64,000 nucleotides of DNA from an uncultured delta proteobacterium (GCA_963708295.1 CAVPSJ010000005.1:96001-160000), one strand, 5' to 3'; counted from the stretch's first letter, positions 1 to 10,525 are shown. Notes: generated from the sequence alone by a model not told the origin. Made by a program: numbers and translations.

Positions 1-1
1 C

Positions 2-826
2 AGGTTTTATCCCGGCGGGATATTAGGCGATGAGATGGATATGCTCCGAAAATTGAAGATTGGTCAAATTCAAGGCGTCGCTCTCACTTCTGCCGGACTC
101 TCCACACTCTTTAAGGAGATGGACGCCCTCCAGGTCCCCTTCCTTTTTCAAAACTATGAAGAAGTCGATGCGGTTTTGAAGAAAATGGATTCTTTTTTCC
201 GAAAGGGGCTTGATGACAACGGATATGTGCTCCTCGGGTGGTCCGAAGCGGGGTTTGTCTACCTGATGTCTACGGTCCCCGTGGCAGGTCTGGCCGACCT
301 TAAAAAGGCAAAGGTCTGGATCTGGGAAGATTCGCCCATGTCCAAAGCCATTTTTGATGAGGCTGGGGTAAAGGCCATTCCCCTCACGGTCCCCGATGTC
401 CTGGTTGGGCTCCAGACCGGACTGGTGGAGGTGGTCTATGCCCCTCCGACAGCCGCCATCTCCCTCCAGTGGTTCACGAAGGTCAAATATATCACTGATG
501 TCCCGTTGATTTATTTGGCAGCGGGTGTCATCGTCAAAAAAGATATATTTAGACAAATCCCCCAAACCTCCCAGAATTTCATTTTGGAAAGTTTTCAACA
601 ACAGCTAGATCAATTGAAGGTCGTCATTCGAAACGAAAATCGGGATGCCCTGAAGGTGATGGTTAAAAACGGGGTCAAGATCGTCACCTCGTCCAAGGAT
701 CAAATCGATGAATATAAGAGGCTGTCGAATAAAGCAATGGGCCATGTCAGTGGACAGACCTTCTCTAAAAAAGTCTTGGAGGAAGTCACTTCTCTTTTGG
801 AAAGTTATCGAAGGGGAGGAAAATAG
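2..826 (+). CDS. dctP: TRAP transporter substrate-binding protein (5'-partial)
   Basis: Frame open from the window edge (FYPGGILGDEMDMLRKLKIGQIQG); DctP-type motifs; followed by small and large permease genes. Confidence 0.85.
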   Translation, partial: RFYPGGILGDEMDMLRKLKIGQIQGVALTSAGLSTLFKEMDALQVPFLFQNYEEVDAVLKKMDSFFRKGLDDNGYVLLGWSEAGFVYLMSTVPVAGLADLKKAKVWIWEDSPMSKAIFDEAGVKAIPLTVPDVLVGLQTGLVEVVYAPPTAAISLQWFTKVKYITDVPLIYLAAGVIVKKDIFRQIPQTSQNFILESFQQQLDQLKVVIRNENRDALKVMVKNGVKIVTSSKDQIDEYKRLSNKAMGHVSGQTFSKKVLEEVTSLLESYRRGGK

Positions 827-1420
827 TGAACCCCGTTAGAAATTCTAGCCGCCGCGACTCGGAGCCCGCCCCCTCTACGGAGCGGGGCATCATTTCTAAC
901 GGGGTAAACCGATGGGAGCGGGTCGATGAGGCTCATTGCCAGGGTGGAACAGACCCTCCTCGTCACCTTCTTGAGCTTCATGATCCTCACCGCCTTCTTG
1001 CAGATCGTCCTCCGGAATTTTTTCAGCACAGGCATGGATTGGGCGGACTCCCTCATCAGGAACCTGGTCCTTTGGACCGGTTTCATTGGGGCTACCCTTG
1101 CTACAAAAGAAGGGAAACACATCAACATCGATATCGTTTCGAGATGGTTACCCTCTCTGGGTAAGAATATCGTCACGCTCATCATTCATCTTTTTTCCTT
1201 TGGGATAGGCTGCCTTTTGACCTATGCCGCATTGAAATTTATTAAGAACGAAGTCCAGATGGAAAGGATGACTTTTCTGAGTATTCCTGCCTGGATCCCG
1301 GAGATGATCCTTCCGATGACATTCGGGTTGATGACCTTTCGATTTGGCCTCCGTTCTTTTAAGAATCTTTATGAGATGGGAGGCATGAATCCGATTCATG
1401 AAAGAGAGAAAGAGATATGA
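826..1420 (+). CDS. dctQ: TRAP small permease, with an in-frame 78-bp palindromic insert and a +1 frameshift near 930
   Basis: GTG at 826 overlaps the dctP stop. N-terminus NRWERVDE joins LIARVEQTLL... (ORF 926-1420); four hydrophobic segments; GKHINID motif. Confidence 0.8.
830..905. mobile_element. Small palindromic insertion (ACCCCGTTAGAAA family), copy 1
   Basis: Perfect 14-bp inverted ends ACCCCGTTAGAAAT (830-843) / ATTTCTAACGGGGT (892-905). Confidence 0.75.
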
Positions 1421-2676
1421 CCCTCCTGTTGATCCTGATCGCTCTCTTTTTCATGTTTCTCGGTGCACCCTTATTCACTGTTTTCTCCGGCCTGACCCTT
1501 CTTCTTTTATTCTTTGCCCAGATCGACTCCTCAGCCATGATCATAGAAATGTATCGAATTGCCACCACTCCCATCCTGGTCGCCATCCCACTCTTCACCT
1601 TTGCCGGATATCTCCTCTCTGAAAGTAACGCGCCCAGAAGGTTGATCGGGTTGACAGACGCCTTCCTGGGCTGGTTGCCGGGAGGGCTATCCATCATCGC
1701 GCTCATCACCTGTTCCGCCTTCACGGCCCTGACAGGTGCCACCGGTCTCACCATCATTGCCCTGGGAGGCATCCTCCTTCCTGCCCTGCTGCAAGGAAAA
1801 TATCCGGAAAAATTTTCTCTCGGGTTGGTAACCAATTCAGGAACGTTAGGCGTTCTCTTGCCACCGAGCCTGCCCATTATCATTTATGCGATTGTGTCTA
1901 AGGTGCAGATTACTCAACTTTTTCTTGCAGGTCTTTTGCCCGGAATCCTGATGGTCGTCCTGCTCTCCGTTTTCAGTGTACAGAAGGCAATTGCTGCTGA
2001 GGTCCCTAGAACCAAGTTCAATACGTCTCGGATGTTTAAAGCAATAAGAGAAGCGATGTGGGAGCTTCCCCTCCCCCTTGTTGTGCTAGGGGGTATTTAC
2101 AGCGGATACTTTGCGGTGAGCGAGGCGGCTGCGATTACGGCCGTTTATGTTTTCCTCGTCGAAGTGATCATTTACCGGGACATCAAATGGCGGGAACTTC
2201 CCCAGGTCATGCGAAAAAGCATGGTGCTCGTGGGTGGAATCTTGATCATACTGGGTGCAGCCCTGGGTTTCACGAATTACCTGATCGACGCAGAAGTTCC
2301 GATGAAGCTGTTTAATTTAATCAGGGCTTACACCGATAGCCCTTTCATCTTTCTGGTCCTCCTGAACCTTTTTCTCCTGGTGGTGGGCTGTCTGCTGGAC
2401 ATCTTCTCAGCTCTGATCGTTGTCGTACCTCTGATCACTCCGGTCGCCACTGCCTACGGGATCAATCCAATTCACCTTGGCATCATCTTCCTTGCCAACC
2501 TCCAGATCGGGGCCCTGACCCCTCCTGTTGGAATGAGCCTTTTCATCTCAAGCCTCCGCTTTGAGAAACCGATGTCCAAGATTATCATGGCTTCTCTCCC
2601 CTTTATCGTTGTCCTCTTATTTGTATTAGCCATCATTACCTACGTCCCCTGGCTGAGCCTGGCGCTCGTGAAGTAA
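1417..2676 (+). CDS. dctM: TRAP large permease
   Basis: 419-aa polytopic membrane protein; GTLGVLLPPSLP and TPPVGMSLF motifs. Confidence 0.92.
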   Translation: MTLLLILIALFFMFLGAPLFTVFSGLTLLLLFFAQIDSSAMIIEMYRIATTPILVAIPLFTFAGYLLSESNAPRRLIGLTDAFLGWLPGGLSIIALITCSAFTALTGATGLTIIALGGILLPALLQGKYPEKFSLGLVTNSGTLGVLLPPSLPIIIYAIVSKVQITQLFLAGLLPGILMVVLLSVFSVQKAIAAEVPRTKFNTSRMFKAIREAMWELPLPLVVLGGIYSGYFAVSEAAAITAVYVFLVEVIIYRDIKWRELPQVMRKSMVLVGGILIILGAALGFTNYLIDAEVPMKLFNLIRAYTDSPFIFLVLLNLFLLVVGCLLDIFSALIVVVPLITPVATAYGINPIHLGIIFLANLQIGALTPPVGMSLFISSLRFEKPMSKIIMASLPFIVVLLFVLAIITYVPWLSLALVK

Positions 2677-2914
2677 AAACGCATAGGGCATAGCGCGTAG
2701 CGCAAGGGGGATTGACCACCCATGAGGAAAAGTAAGAGCCACCTCTATATAGAACTAATGATCAGGCTATTGGCTTCTTCCTGAAATGTTGATTGTTCAT
2801 TTTAGTTCCATAATACAAGATTTCAAACGGCAATTGGTAATGTGCTAATAACATTCCTTTCTTCCCAAGTTATTTTACCCCAAAAGACTCCCCACAAAAC
2901 TCCCAAAACACTCC

Positions 2915-2966
2915 TTGACAACTTAATAATAATGAAGTATCTTGCATGAGATTGATTTCATGAAAT
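2915..2966 (+). promoter_or_regulatory. sigma70-type promoter with a downstream palindromic operator
   Basis: TTGACA (2915-2920), 17-nt spacer, TATCTT (2938-2943); perfect palindrome ATTTCATGAAAT at 2955-2966. Confidence 0.55.
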
Positions 2967-3017
2967 AAAGTTTACTAGTGCATGCTGCAAACCTCATAAG
3001 GGAGAAAGGAGTTGATT

Positions 3018-3361
3018 GTGAAACATCTATCTAAATTACTTCGTATTTCACTCTTGATTGCTCTATTGGCTTTGCCAATAACCGCTTGTATGGAAGGTTC
3101 GATGTTCTAATTTTGACGGTTGAGACACCTCAGGATAAGGCGACTGTTAGTACGCCTACGGTCACGGTAAGTGGCACAGTCACTAAGACGGCTGAGGTGA
3201 AGATTAATGACGTGGTAGTGCCGTCTAAAGGTAGCAAGTTCTCCACCGATATCAAGTTGACCGAAGGCAGCAATGTCATTAATGTTGTCGCTAAATCGGG
3301 TAAGGACACGGAAACGAAGACACTGACTATTACCTACAATCCAAGTAAGCAGTCTGGCTAA
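3018..3361 (+). CDS. Small Ig-like-domain lipoprotein (frameshift near 3095)
   Basis: RBS AAAGGAG then GTG; signal peptide with lipobox ITAC; Thr/Val-rich beta domain with TVSG and LTEGSNVINVVA. Confidence 0.6.
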
Positions 3362-3510
3362 GAACAGGAATCAAATTCCGAAACTGGGAGTAATTGACGG
3401 AGGAGAAGACTTAAAATTGCCTACAATAAATTTGTTTACTTAGATTATTAGGCACTACAGGGTCCAGAGATATATAAATATTTCTGGAGGTTAAAAACCT
3501 TGATAGTCGG

Positions 3511-3545
3511 GCCGCTATCTGAACGTGGAGGATAGCGGCTTTTTT
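3511..3545 (+). terminator. Rho-independent terminator
   Basis: GCCGCTATC / GATAGCGGC stem followed by a T6 run. Confidence 0.7.
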
Positions 3546-3604
3546 ATGCAATGAACTAGAGCGGTCTTTCAAAACTTCGATTCAGAATTAAGGGAGGAAT
3601 CAAC

Positions 3605-3931
3605 ATGGCAACATGGACATTTCTTACGAATCATGCAATTGTACTTTTCTTTCTGGCAAAACATCCATTAATCACTGGACGAGAGTTGTCAGGATTAATA
3701 GGGATTACGGAAAGGTCAGTAAGAAATATTATTTCTGATCTCGAATCAGAGGGGTATATCCAAAAGTCCAAAGAGGGAAGGCAAGTAAGGTATAAAACCA
3801 ATCCGCATTTACCTCTTCGGCACCACACTCAGAAGGATAAGGCAATAAGAATTCTCCTCGAAGCATTAGACTGCGAACAAATACGAAAAGGAGCCAAGAA
3901 ACGGGAAGCATCGTCGAAGGCAGTTCTATAA
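3605..3931 (+). CDS. Winged-helix (MarR/ArsR-like) transcriptional regulator
   Basis: WTFLTNHA start, GITERSVRNIISDLESEGYI HTH, KEGR wing; strong RBS GGAGG. Confidence 0.8.
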   Translation: MATWTFLTNHAIVLFFLAKHPLITGRELSGLIGITERSVRNIISDLESEGYIQKSKEGRQVRYKTNPHLPLRHHTQKDKAIRILLEALDCEQIRKGAKKREASSKAVL

Positions 3932-4160
3932 AAAAAGGGACTCCAACTTTCTGTGTCTCCTGTTTCATCGCCTCCGTCGATGTATTCAGGTCAAGTAACG
4001 ATCTACCCCCTTGTTTCAATATTTCAAACGATAATCTTCATTACTCAGTATGAGCCACCATTGCGGCTTTGTAGGTGCTATACGTAACATAATCTGCTTT
4101 TTCTTGTGATATTAGTTAGTTAAGGGCTGTTTTCCATTATCACTTTTTTCTCTATCCCTG

Positions 4161-5096
4161 TCAAGATAATTCGTTTTCAGCGCCTCCGAGTAACTCCATG
4201 CTCTCCTGTTCGTCGTCATCCTCTTGTTGCGCCTGCGTTCTTTGCAGAACCACCTGCATGGCCTTGTAGTAGTCTCGTTGGACCTTGAGGTTGGCTACGC
4301 GGCAGTAGCGCTGCGTGGTGGTAATCTGGCCATGCCCCAGGAGGTCCTGGATAGTCGCAAGGTCAGCATCGGCATTAAGAAGCTGTGTGGCCATGGTGTG
4401 GCGAAGACGATGACATGAGACGTTGAGTCCACTTTGTCGCCCATAGTATTCGATCCTCTTCTGAATGCCTCGGACCGATATCGGTTTGCCTCTCATCGGT
4501 CCCTTCTGCACCAGAAACAATCCTCTGGCTTTCGAGGATCGTTTCGCCAGATACACCGAAAGAGCGGATTGGGCATCTTCACTCATGTAGACGACCCGAT
4601 CCTTAGCCCCTTTTCCATGGAAGACAAAGATCTGTCTTCTCCCGTACTCTACCGCATCAACCGTCAGCTCAGCCACCTCCTGGACCCGAAGGCCGCAGCG
4701 GAGCATCAACATGAACATGGCCCGGTCTCTCAGATCCGTGATGCCATCAAAGAGGCCCCTGACCTGGTCATCCTTCAGGTGCCGGGGCAGTGGCTTGGGC
4801 AGACGGAGCGAGATCCGGGTGACAGGGTTGATGATCGATCTGCCTTCCTCATTTGTGAGATAGTCGAAGAACAGACGGATCGTTTGCAGGTAGCACGTGA
4901 TCGTCTTGGGTGTTCGTCGCTTTCGGAGGAGATGATCGACATAGGCTCCGATCTCTGTACGAGTCACATCAGGGAGAGGCACGGTAAGCCATCTGATGAA
5001 CTGATCGAGGATGTTGACATAGCTTTTGACCGTGTGGGCTGAGTAGTTTTTTCTCTTCAAGGCTCTCCGGTACCCGATCAGCTCAGTAGGTTCCAT
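4161..5096 (-). CDS. Tyrosine recombinase (XerC/D-like), second gene of the pair
   Basis: Catalytic motifs GLRVQE, GKGAKDR, HRLRH, LGH, TQRY. Confidence 0.92.
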   Translation of the reverse strand: MEPTELIGYRRALKRKNYSAHTVKSYVNILDQFIRWLTVPLPDVTRTEIGAYVDHLLRKRRTPKTITCYLQTIRLFFDYLTNEEGRSIINPVTRISLRLPKPLPRHLKDDQVRGLFDGITDLRDRAMFMLMLRCGLRVQEVAELTVDAVEYGRRQIFVFHGKGAKDRVVYMSEDAQSALSVYLAKRSSKARGLFLVQKGPMRGKPISVRGIQKRIEYYGRQSGLNVSCHRLRHTMATQLLNADADLATIQDLLGHGQITTTQRYCRVANLKVQRDYYKAMQVVLQRTQAQQEDDDEQESMELLGGAENELS

Positions 5097-6096
5097 CGAT
5101 CCCTCCTTTCTCGATAATGGCCATGGCCCGGAAGTACTCTTGTTCGCGGGTGGTGTCAGTGAGCCGGGCGTATCGGCGGGTTACCTCGATGTCCTGGTGA
5201 CCCAGTAACTGCTGGAGACATTCCAGGCGCATCCCCGCGTTGAGAAGCTCGGAGGCAAACGTGTGACGCAGACAATGGACCGTGTAGCCCTTCTGATTGA
5301 GGCCTGCTTTGTTGAGATATTTTACGAAAAGGCCTCTGCCGGTACTGTAACAGAGATGCCCATTGCTCTGGCCGTAAAAGACGAATTCCTTGTTCTTGTC
5401 CCTTCGCCTCAGCCAAAGCTTGATGGCAAACAGCGCATCATCACTCAGATACACCACCCTCCCCATGCTGTTCTTCTCTCCCTCGTACAGGTCAACCTTT
5501 CTACCTTTGATGTCCAGATCGTTTAACCTCAGTCCCAAGGCCTCGCCGATTCGTATCCCTGTCCGTAAAAGGAGAAGAAATAGGGCCCGGTCCCGGATGT
5601 CGTCCATCACACCCAGAAGTTTTCTCACATCGGAGGGGTTCATGGCCCGAGGTAGGGTCTCTGGCAGCTTCAGCTTGATGCCCCGCTTAAGAACGGACCC
5701 AGGGATGATATCTTGCTCCATCAGAAAATGCACAAATGCAATGATGCAAGCCACCCTCGTCCGCACCGTGGAGATTCGTAATCCCCGATCCTGCTCCTGC
5801 TCGATGAAGCCTTCCAGGTCCCTCCGTTCGAGTTTCTCGATTTCTCTCTTGCCTAACTTCCCATAAAAGTCCAGGAAGAGCCTGACGGACGTAAAAGAAC
5901 TGGCGAGGGTCTTCGGCTTGTGATTCAGGCGCCGCTTGTGGCGCATGTAGCACTCGAACTGTTCCTTGGCGGGAATCTCCAGGCAAGAGAGCTTCTGGAG
6001 GATGCGGTCGATTGGGGTGAGTGAAAGAAGCTGTTCACATACTACTTCATTTCCACTTTTGACGGACTCATTGGTGATCGGCTGTCCCTGGGTCAT
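5083..6096 (-). CDS. Tyrosine recombinase (XerC/D-like), first gene of the pair
   Basis: Catalytic motifs GIRIGE, GEKNSMGR, HCLRH, LGH, TRRY. Confidence 0.92.
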   Translation of the reverse strand: MTQGQPITNESVKSGNEVVCEQLLSLTPIDRILQKLSCLEIPAKEQFECYMRHKRRLNHKPKTLASSFTSVRLFLDFYGKLGKREIEKLERRDLEGFIEQEQDRGLRISTVRTRVACIIAFVHFLMEQDIIPGSVLKRGIKLKLPETLPRAMNPSDVRKLLGVMDDIRDRALFLLLLRTGIRIGEALGLRLNDLDIKGRKVDLYEGEKNSMGRVVYLSDDALFAIKLWLRRRDKNKEFVFYGQSNGHLCYSTGRGLFVKYLNKAGLNQKGYTVHCLRHTFASELLNAGMRLECLQQLLGHQDIEVTRRYARLTDTTREQEYFRAMAIIEKGGIDGTY

Positions 6097-6273
6097 TTCT
6101 CCTCCTCCTTTTCTTTTTCAAGAAAAAGCAGAATAGATCATGACCCTTAGCCGTTCTAACGGTCAATCCATTTTGTTACGTATAGGTAGGTGAAGTCAAC
6201 GGTTTTTGCCTGATGCTTCTGCCAGCTAATGTTCTTATTCCTACGCTATGCGCTATGCCCTCTGCCCTATGCG

Positions 6274-7200
6274 TTATTCACTTAGGAAGTCAAGGATAGC
6301 CCGATTGACTTCCTCCGGGGTTTCCCACATGGGGATGTGGCCGCTTTTCTCGATCTTCCGAAATTTCGAACCCGCGATGGCCCGATGGAGGTTCTCTCCC
6401 AATGGGGAAGGAAAGACGAGGTCCCTTTCTCCCCAGAGGAATAAGGTAGGCTTGCAAATAGCGGAGAACCGATCCTTGAGCTTCAAGGCCTCCTTGGCAT
6501 GTTTGAAGGTGGAGTAGAGAGCCCAGGTCGTCCCTTTGATCCTGGAAAGTTGATACTGCCGGTTCACGACTTCCGGAGTGACAAGTTTGATATCCGAGAT
6601 ACATTCCAGAAGGATCTGCCTGATCGAATTCTCGTTCCGGACTGCCATGACCAGATAAGGGAGGAATGGAATATTTTTGATCGCCGCCAACATTCGGAAG
6701 GATTCATTTTTGACCTCGTGGAGAATATCCGGAGGAACACAATCAATCAATATGAGCCGATCGACCCGTTCGGGAAAGAGGATCGCCATAGCCCAGGCAA
6801 CCCCTCCGCCCATCGAATTTCCGATCAGCGTCGCCTTCTCAATCCCCGCCCTGTCCATGAAATCCTTTAAACAATCGATGTAGGTCTCCGGGGTGTAAGG
6901 AATCTTGGGCCGGTCTGAGAAACCGTGACCGATCAGATCGAGGGCATAAACCCTATAGCCTTGCGAAAGGACTTCGATCTGCCTTTCCCAAACCCAGATC
7001 GCGGCGCCATAGCCATGAATCAACACGAGAGGGCGGCCTACTCCTTTCACAACATAAAAAATCGTATGGCCATTGATCTGAATCGTCTGCGGAGAGAGTG
7101 AAGGGTTCCAGTCGAACCGGGTGGGCCTGACCAGAGGAATGCTTCGTTCTCTTAAGAAAGGGGTCAATAAGACTGAGAGAATCCATAGAGGGTGAGACAT
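6274..7200 (-). CDS. Alpha/beta fold hydrolase
   Basis: LIHG, DLIGHGFS, GNSMGG nucleophile elbow, WGERD, SGH. Confidence 0.9.
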   Translation of the reverse strand: MSHPLWILSVLLTPFLRERSIPLVRPTRFDWNPSLSPQTIQINGHTIFYVVKGVGRPLVLIHGYGAAIWVWERQIEVLSQGYRVYALDLIGHGFSDRPKIPYTPETYIDCLKDFMDRAGIEKATLIGNSMGGGVAWAMAILFPERVDRLILIDCVPPDILHEVKNESFRMLAAIKNIPFLPYLVMAVRNENSIRQILLECISDIKLVTPEVVNRQYQLSRIKGTTWALYSTFKHAKEALKLKDRFSAICKPTLFLWGERDLVFPSPLGENLHRAIAGSKFRKIEKSGHIPMWETPEEVNRAILDFLSE

Positions 7201-7435
7201 AGAATCTCACTTCTTTGTGAATCACTCCGATAAATATAAATTCCAATCACCAATTACTGAAAGAAGAATTATTGAGGAGTCGAAAATTGCGAAGACATAT
7301 TGTCATAAAATCTCCCCTCACCCCTCTTTACCAAAGAGGGAGAATTCCTCCCTTTTGCAAAGCCTGCCTGCCGGTAGGCAGGGGAGGGAAGTTCCATTAC
7401 TCCAGTACTCCAGTATTCCGGATTTTTGAAAAGAC

Positions 7436-8568
7436 TCATCTCTTTTTTTCTTTCTTTTTCTTGAACAGCCTCTCCATCGATTTCAGCTCCTCGGCGAGTC
7501 CCTTTTCCCCTCCCAACGTTCCCTGAAGAACCTCTTCGCCGATCACCTGAATCGGAATCCCCAGGGCCTGCGCGAGAGAGATGGCGATTTGAGTCAAGAA
7601 GGTTTCTTGAAGGCTGAACCGGGGATTGTCCACATTTCCTTTCAGGCGGAATTTGGCTTTTAACTGATGCCCCTTCTTCTCCAACAAAGAGACCAGGGTC
7701 TTCGCCGGGATCCAGAGCACGGTCCCTTCCCCATCTTTGATATGAAGGTTGATGAGATTCAGTTCCCCGGGTGCATCCACCCTCTTCTCCTTCACCGCAA
7801 TTCTGGTCTCCAGATCGAGGGTGCCCGACTCAATTTCTGCAGAAACCCTCTTCCGATAATACGGCTCAAAGGTCGTTACATCCACTCCACGAATCTCCAG
7901 GGACGTTTCCATGTCGATCGTTTTCACATCAACCCACCCATGGATGCGGATGCTTCCTCCTTGCGTTCTTCCTTCGATGTTGCCGTTCATCTCAACGGGA
8001 GAATGCGAAGAGGCCAGAGGATATCCGATATCCTTTATCTCAAAATCCAGCGCCTTCAATCTTATCTGGGAGGGTGGGTCGCCCGTTTTTCTGTCCTCGA
8101 AATCGACGGAGCCGTTTCGGACTCTGAATCCGATCGATCTGAACCTCGACAGACTCTCTTTCCTTCTTCACTTCCCCCGTCGCGAACTTCTTTGCCTTCG
8201 CTCTTCTTTTCCAGGGTCATCCAGGGACCGACCATGCGCCCCTCACGAGATCGATAGAAGAAGAAAGAAGGCTGGAGGAAGGTCAATTTTTTGATGTGCA
8301 ACGATTTTTCAAAAAGAGAGAAAAGGGAAGGATAGACGCGTATTTCCTCGGCCTGAAAGAATCTTTGTTTTGAACCGGGGTCTTCATAGTGAATTCCCCT
8401 CGCAGAAAGATAGGTGGCCTTGAGCCCGATTTCGTCCAGGGTGAATCCAGGCCCCATCGCCGCCTGGAGGCGCGGTTGAACCAATTTCACCGCGTAAAAA
8501 GTAAGGACAAAATAGCCTGCGATGACGAGGGCCCCAAGAATTCCGGCCCCGATCAACCACTTCTTCAT
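7436..8568 (-). CDS. DUF748/AsmA-like membrane-anchored protein (split by a frameshift near 8150)
   Basis: ORF 8062-8568 (N-terminal TM helix) and ORF 7436-8059 (beta-rich, GNVDNPRFS) are contiguous. Confidence 0.55.
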
Positions 8569-9245
8569 CCTTTCACCTCCTCTTCCACCACTTCCCGGTA
8601 ACCTGAAGGAGTGATGATGGCAAAAAAGAAGGGTGGCCCAACTTCCTCCCCTTCTCCAGACCTTTTCTTGAGAAAGGATTTGGACAGGGCGAGAAGCAGG
8701 TCGAGGGGTGATCCCGTCTGACGCTGAGCCTCCAACTTTTTCTCCATCGATAGAGACCGAGGAACAACGATCGTGTGCGAAGTGGGGAGAGCCTTTATGG
8801 ACGTCCCCTCTCCTTCGCTGCTAAAGAGGTGAAGAGGATAAGGCCGAGCGCGATCTCTGAAAGAATATCCGGCCAGAATAAGATAAACTTCATTTAAAGG
8901 AAGCTCCTCTTCCGAGGTCTCATCGGTGGCCAGAGGAGAGGAAGCATGGGGTCTCTCTCTGGAGCTTAACCATTTTCCATACCGATCGGTAAAAAAGAAG
9001 AGCGCCAGATGGGCCACCTCCTCGATCGCCTCCGTCCCTCGCCTCTGTAGAAAGTCCTGGAAAGCCAGGCTCATCTCCACTCCTATTCCCGCCCCGGCGC
9101 TCAAGAGAGCGCAGTGAGAGGTCAAACGGAGAAGTTTCTTCAGGCTGAAATGCTTCCTCTCTCCTTTTTCACCGAACCAGGTCGCCCGGCTGTCGGTGGC
9201 AAGCATAATTCCCTCAGGAGTGGAGCAGGCGATGATTTGAGTCAT
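8565..9245 (-). CDS. Hypothetical protein, possible Ntn-hydrolase/proteasome-like fold
   Basis: MTQIIAC...GIMLATDSRAT start resembles Ntn-fold N-termini (Thr after Met); overlaps the downstream gene. Confidence 0.45.
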   Translation of the reverse strand: MTQIIACSTPEGIMLATDSRATWFGEKGERKHFSLKKLLRLTSHCALLSAGAGIGVEMSLAFQDFLQRRGTEAIEEVAHLALFFFTDRYGKWLSSRERPHASSPLATDETSEEELPLNEVYLILAGYSFRDRARPYPLHLFSSEGEGTSIKALPTSHTIVVPRSLSMEKKLEAQRQTGSPLDLLLALSKSFLKKRSGEGEEVGPPFFFAIITPSGYREVVEEEVKG

Positions 9246-9319
9246 GTCAAATTCGGATTTCAGGATGTTTCCTCTCACTCTCCCCCTCTCCCCGCCGGGG
9301 AGAGGGTGGGGGTGAGGGG

Positions 9320-10461
9320 TTATGGTTTTACAATCAACGAGACTTCCTTCGACTTCTTCTCTTTGGCTTCCGTCAAAAGGCTGACGATCGACTTCACCAC
9401 CAACTGATAGAGGAAGGGGTTGGGCCGTAGCGGATGGAGAGGTTTCTCCAGATCAATGGCCACGGACAAGGAAATCTTCGCCTCTTCTTCTCTTCCCAGT
9501 TTGAAAAGAACGTAGGCCGTCTCTTCCAACCTTCGCCGATAAAGAAGCTTCCGCTCTCCGGAGAAGAGTTCGGACAAGGCCTTCTGATAGATCCCTTGAA
9601 ACCGCACCTCTTTCTGGGCCGGGTTGAGGACAATCTTCGACTCCTCGGCCTCCGAGATTTCATCCGCAAAAGGCCGGATGCCCTCCTCCTCAATCCTCCA
9701 GCTGGAAAGGAGATCTACTTTAAGAAGGTCCCCTCCTTTTGCCAAAAGACGATCGTCTCCGGCGATGTCTGCCGCTTGAAGATAGGAATAGATCAACGGC
9801 TGGTTATAGTCTTTTCTGACCCTTTCTATTTCCCCTTTCGCCTGGACATAGCCCTGAGGCACGACCCCTTTCCTTGCAAGATTTAATTCATAAGCCCGTG
9901 CGAAGAGGCCGGCCACATAGGAAGGCTCGACTGGAACGATTGGAAACGGGCCTTTTTCTTCAACGCTTTTATAGAAACTCTTGAACTCCTTCCGCGTCAT
10001 CTCCCCATGGGAGAAATCGACGATCCCCAGCTGATCGCTCACGATTCCGTAGGTGACCGTCAGACCCCGGCCCGGATGAGGGATGACAAGCCAGAGAATC
10101 CGGTGGCCGAGAAAATCAATTCCACTCGCGTACCCTTCCCCGGTCTCTTCCCGCACGGGACGAAGGACAGGGGGCTCTTTGCCGGATGAAACCTCCTCAA
10201 CCACAATCCCCTTGCTCTTCAGCCGGTAAAGAGATCGCTTGATCATTTTTCGGACCTTCTTATCCGGGATCGCTTCGGACATCCGGTGGAGAATCTTGAC
10301 CGTCAACGGGTCGGAAGGGTGACCAAAGACTCAGCCAGCTGACCGCCGGTTTGGGGGTCTTTTTCTAACCACGGGAGAAGATATTGAAATATCTCCTCAT
10401 CGGTTTTCCCGCCTGCCATGTCCGTCTTTATTCGGTCCATCAGGGTTTCAATATGATCCAT
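9320..10461 (-). CDS. Conserved hypothetical helical protein (frameshift near 10315)
   Basis: 328-aa ORF (KRSLYRLKSKG) plus an upstream open stretch from ATG 10461. Confidence 0.55.
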
Positions 10462-10525
10462 GATCTCCTCTCTCTCCACAGATAAACAAAAAACCCCTAT
10501 TTCCTTCTCATCCCCACACCCATGA

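Larger units (their letters stand above)
4078..6185 (-). mobile_element. Two-tyrosine-recombinase element with terminal inverted repeats
   Basis: TIR CTATACGTAACA (4078-4089) / TGTTACGTATAG (6174-6185); flanking direct repeat GTAGGTG (4071-4077, 6186-6192); second 14-bp IR at 4093-4106 / 6119-6132. Confidence 0.85.

Noticed and set aside
4161-6096. Chromosomal xerC/xerD or an integron integrase
   Set aside because: The genes form a tandem overlapping pair within TIRs, and no IntI-specific insertion is evident.
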